A stretch of 64,000 nt of DNA from Scyliorhinus canicula. Taxonomy: Eukaryota. This document shows positions 63,071 through 64,000 of the stretch, in pieces. The stretch is from positions 17,976,546-18,040,545 of the forward strand of contig NC_052158.1 in NCBI RefSeq assembly GCF_902713615.1, written 5' to 3'. Position 1 is the first letter of the stretch. Each line of letters begins with the position of its first letter. Under the pieces are notes generated by a model, which was given only the letters and a program-made list of their open reading frames with translations, did not search any database and had not been told where the DNA came from. Both the position numbers and the translations under genes were made by a program.

Positions 63071-63885
63071 TGTTTCCATTATTCTACATATAAACCATCT
63101 GAACCCCTCGATTAGATTCCAGTCTGTAACTCGCTTCCAGATATCCATTATTCTATATATAAACCATCTGAACCCCTCGATTAGATTCCAGTCTGTAACT
63201 CACTCCCAGGTATCCATTATTCTATATATAAACCATCTGAACCCCTCGATTAGATTCGTCTGTAACTCACTCCCAGGTATCCTTTATTCTATATATAAAC
63301 CATCTGAACCCCTCGATTAGATTCGTCTGTAACTCACTCACAGGTATCCATTATTCTATATATAATCCATCTGAACCCCTTGATTAGATTCCAGTGTGTA
63401 ACTCACTCCCAGGGATCCACTATTCTATATATAAACCATCTGAACCCCTTAATTAGCTTCCAGTGTAACTCATTCCCAGGTATCCATTATTTTATATATA
63501 ATCCATCTGAACCCCTCGATTAGATTCCAGTCTGTAACTCACTCCCAGGTATCCATTATTCTATATATAAACCATCTGAACCCCTCGATTAGATTCCAGT
63601 CTGTAACTCACTCCCAGGGATCCACTATTCTATATATAAACCATCTGAACCCCTCGATTAGATTCCAGTCTGCATCCCACTCTCAGGTTTCCATTATTCC
63701 ATATATAAACAATCTCAACCCCTCGGATTAGATTCCAGTCTGTAACTCACTCCCAAGAATCCATTATTCTATATATAAACCAACTGAACCCTTCAATTAG
63801 ATTCCAGTCTGTAACTCACTCCCAGGTATCCATTATTCCATATGTAAACCATCTGAATTCCACAATTAGATTCCACTTAGTGACT
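63071..63885 (+). repeat. 69-bp minisatellite, about 12 units (copy 5 intron 2)
   Basis: Same 69-bp unit. Confidence 0.95.
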
Positions 63886-64000
63886 CAGCCCTTGATGTCT
63901 ATTATTTCATAATTAACCACTGGAATCACTTTACAATGTTTGTTTGTAACTCACTCCCACATAGCCAATATTCCATCAAACTGTTCAGCAGACAGTGGGC

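Overview
Eukaryotic, vertebrate genomic DNA. The V-SINE/HE1-type SINEs, CR1, L1-clade, Harbinger and Penelope-like repeats suggest a cartilaginous fish, probably a catshark (inference). The window is a head-to-tail array of five recently duplicated, roughly 14-17 kb units. Each unit carries a + strand six-exon class C-IV TRIM gene (RING, B-box2, coiled coil, PRY/SPRY) with coding exons of 393-396, 96, 234, 23, 119 and 533-536 nt. Copies 1 (2272-11206) and 4 (47905-56763) are intact. Copy 2 (from 18312) has intact RBCC exons but has lost the PRY/SPRY exon and poly(A) signal. Copy 3 has its promoter and RING inverted against an L1 insertion, while its downstream exons, including PRY/SPRY, are intact. 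Copy 5 (from 61725, running off the window) has two nonsense codons. Main observations: (1) amino-acid variation is concentrated in the PRY/SPRY surface loops; (2) copy 1 carries a half B-box grafted from a divergent paralogue; (3) copies 2 and 3 have complementary lesions that one phase-compatible splice could rescue; (4) a RING::L1-endonuclease junction exists on the minus strand; (5) an ERV 3' LTR lies directly upstream of copy 1; (6) IRF sites differ between copies. Exon models come from splice signals and reading frame only, with no expression evidence.
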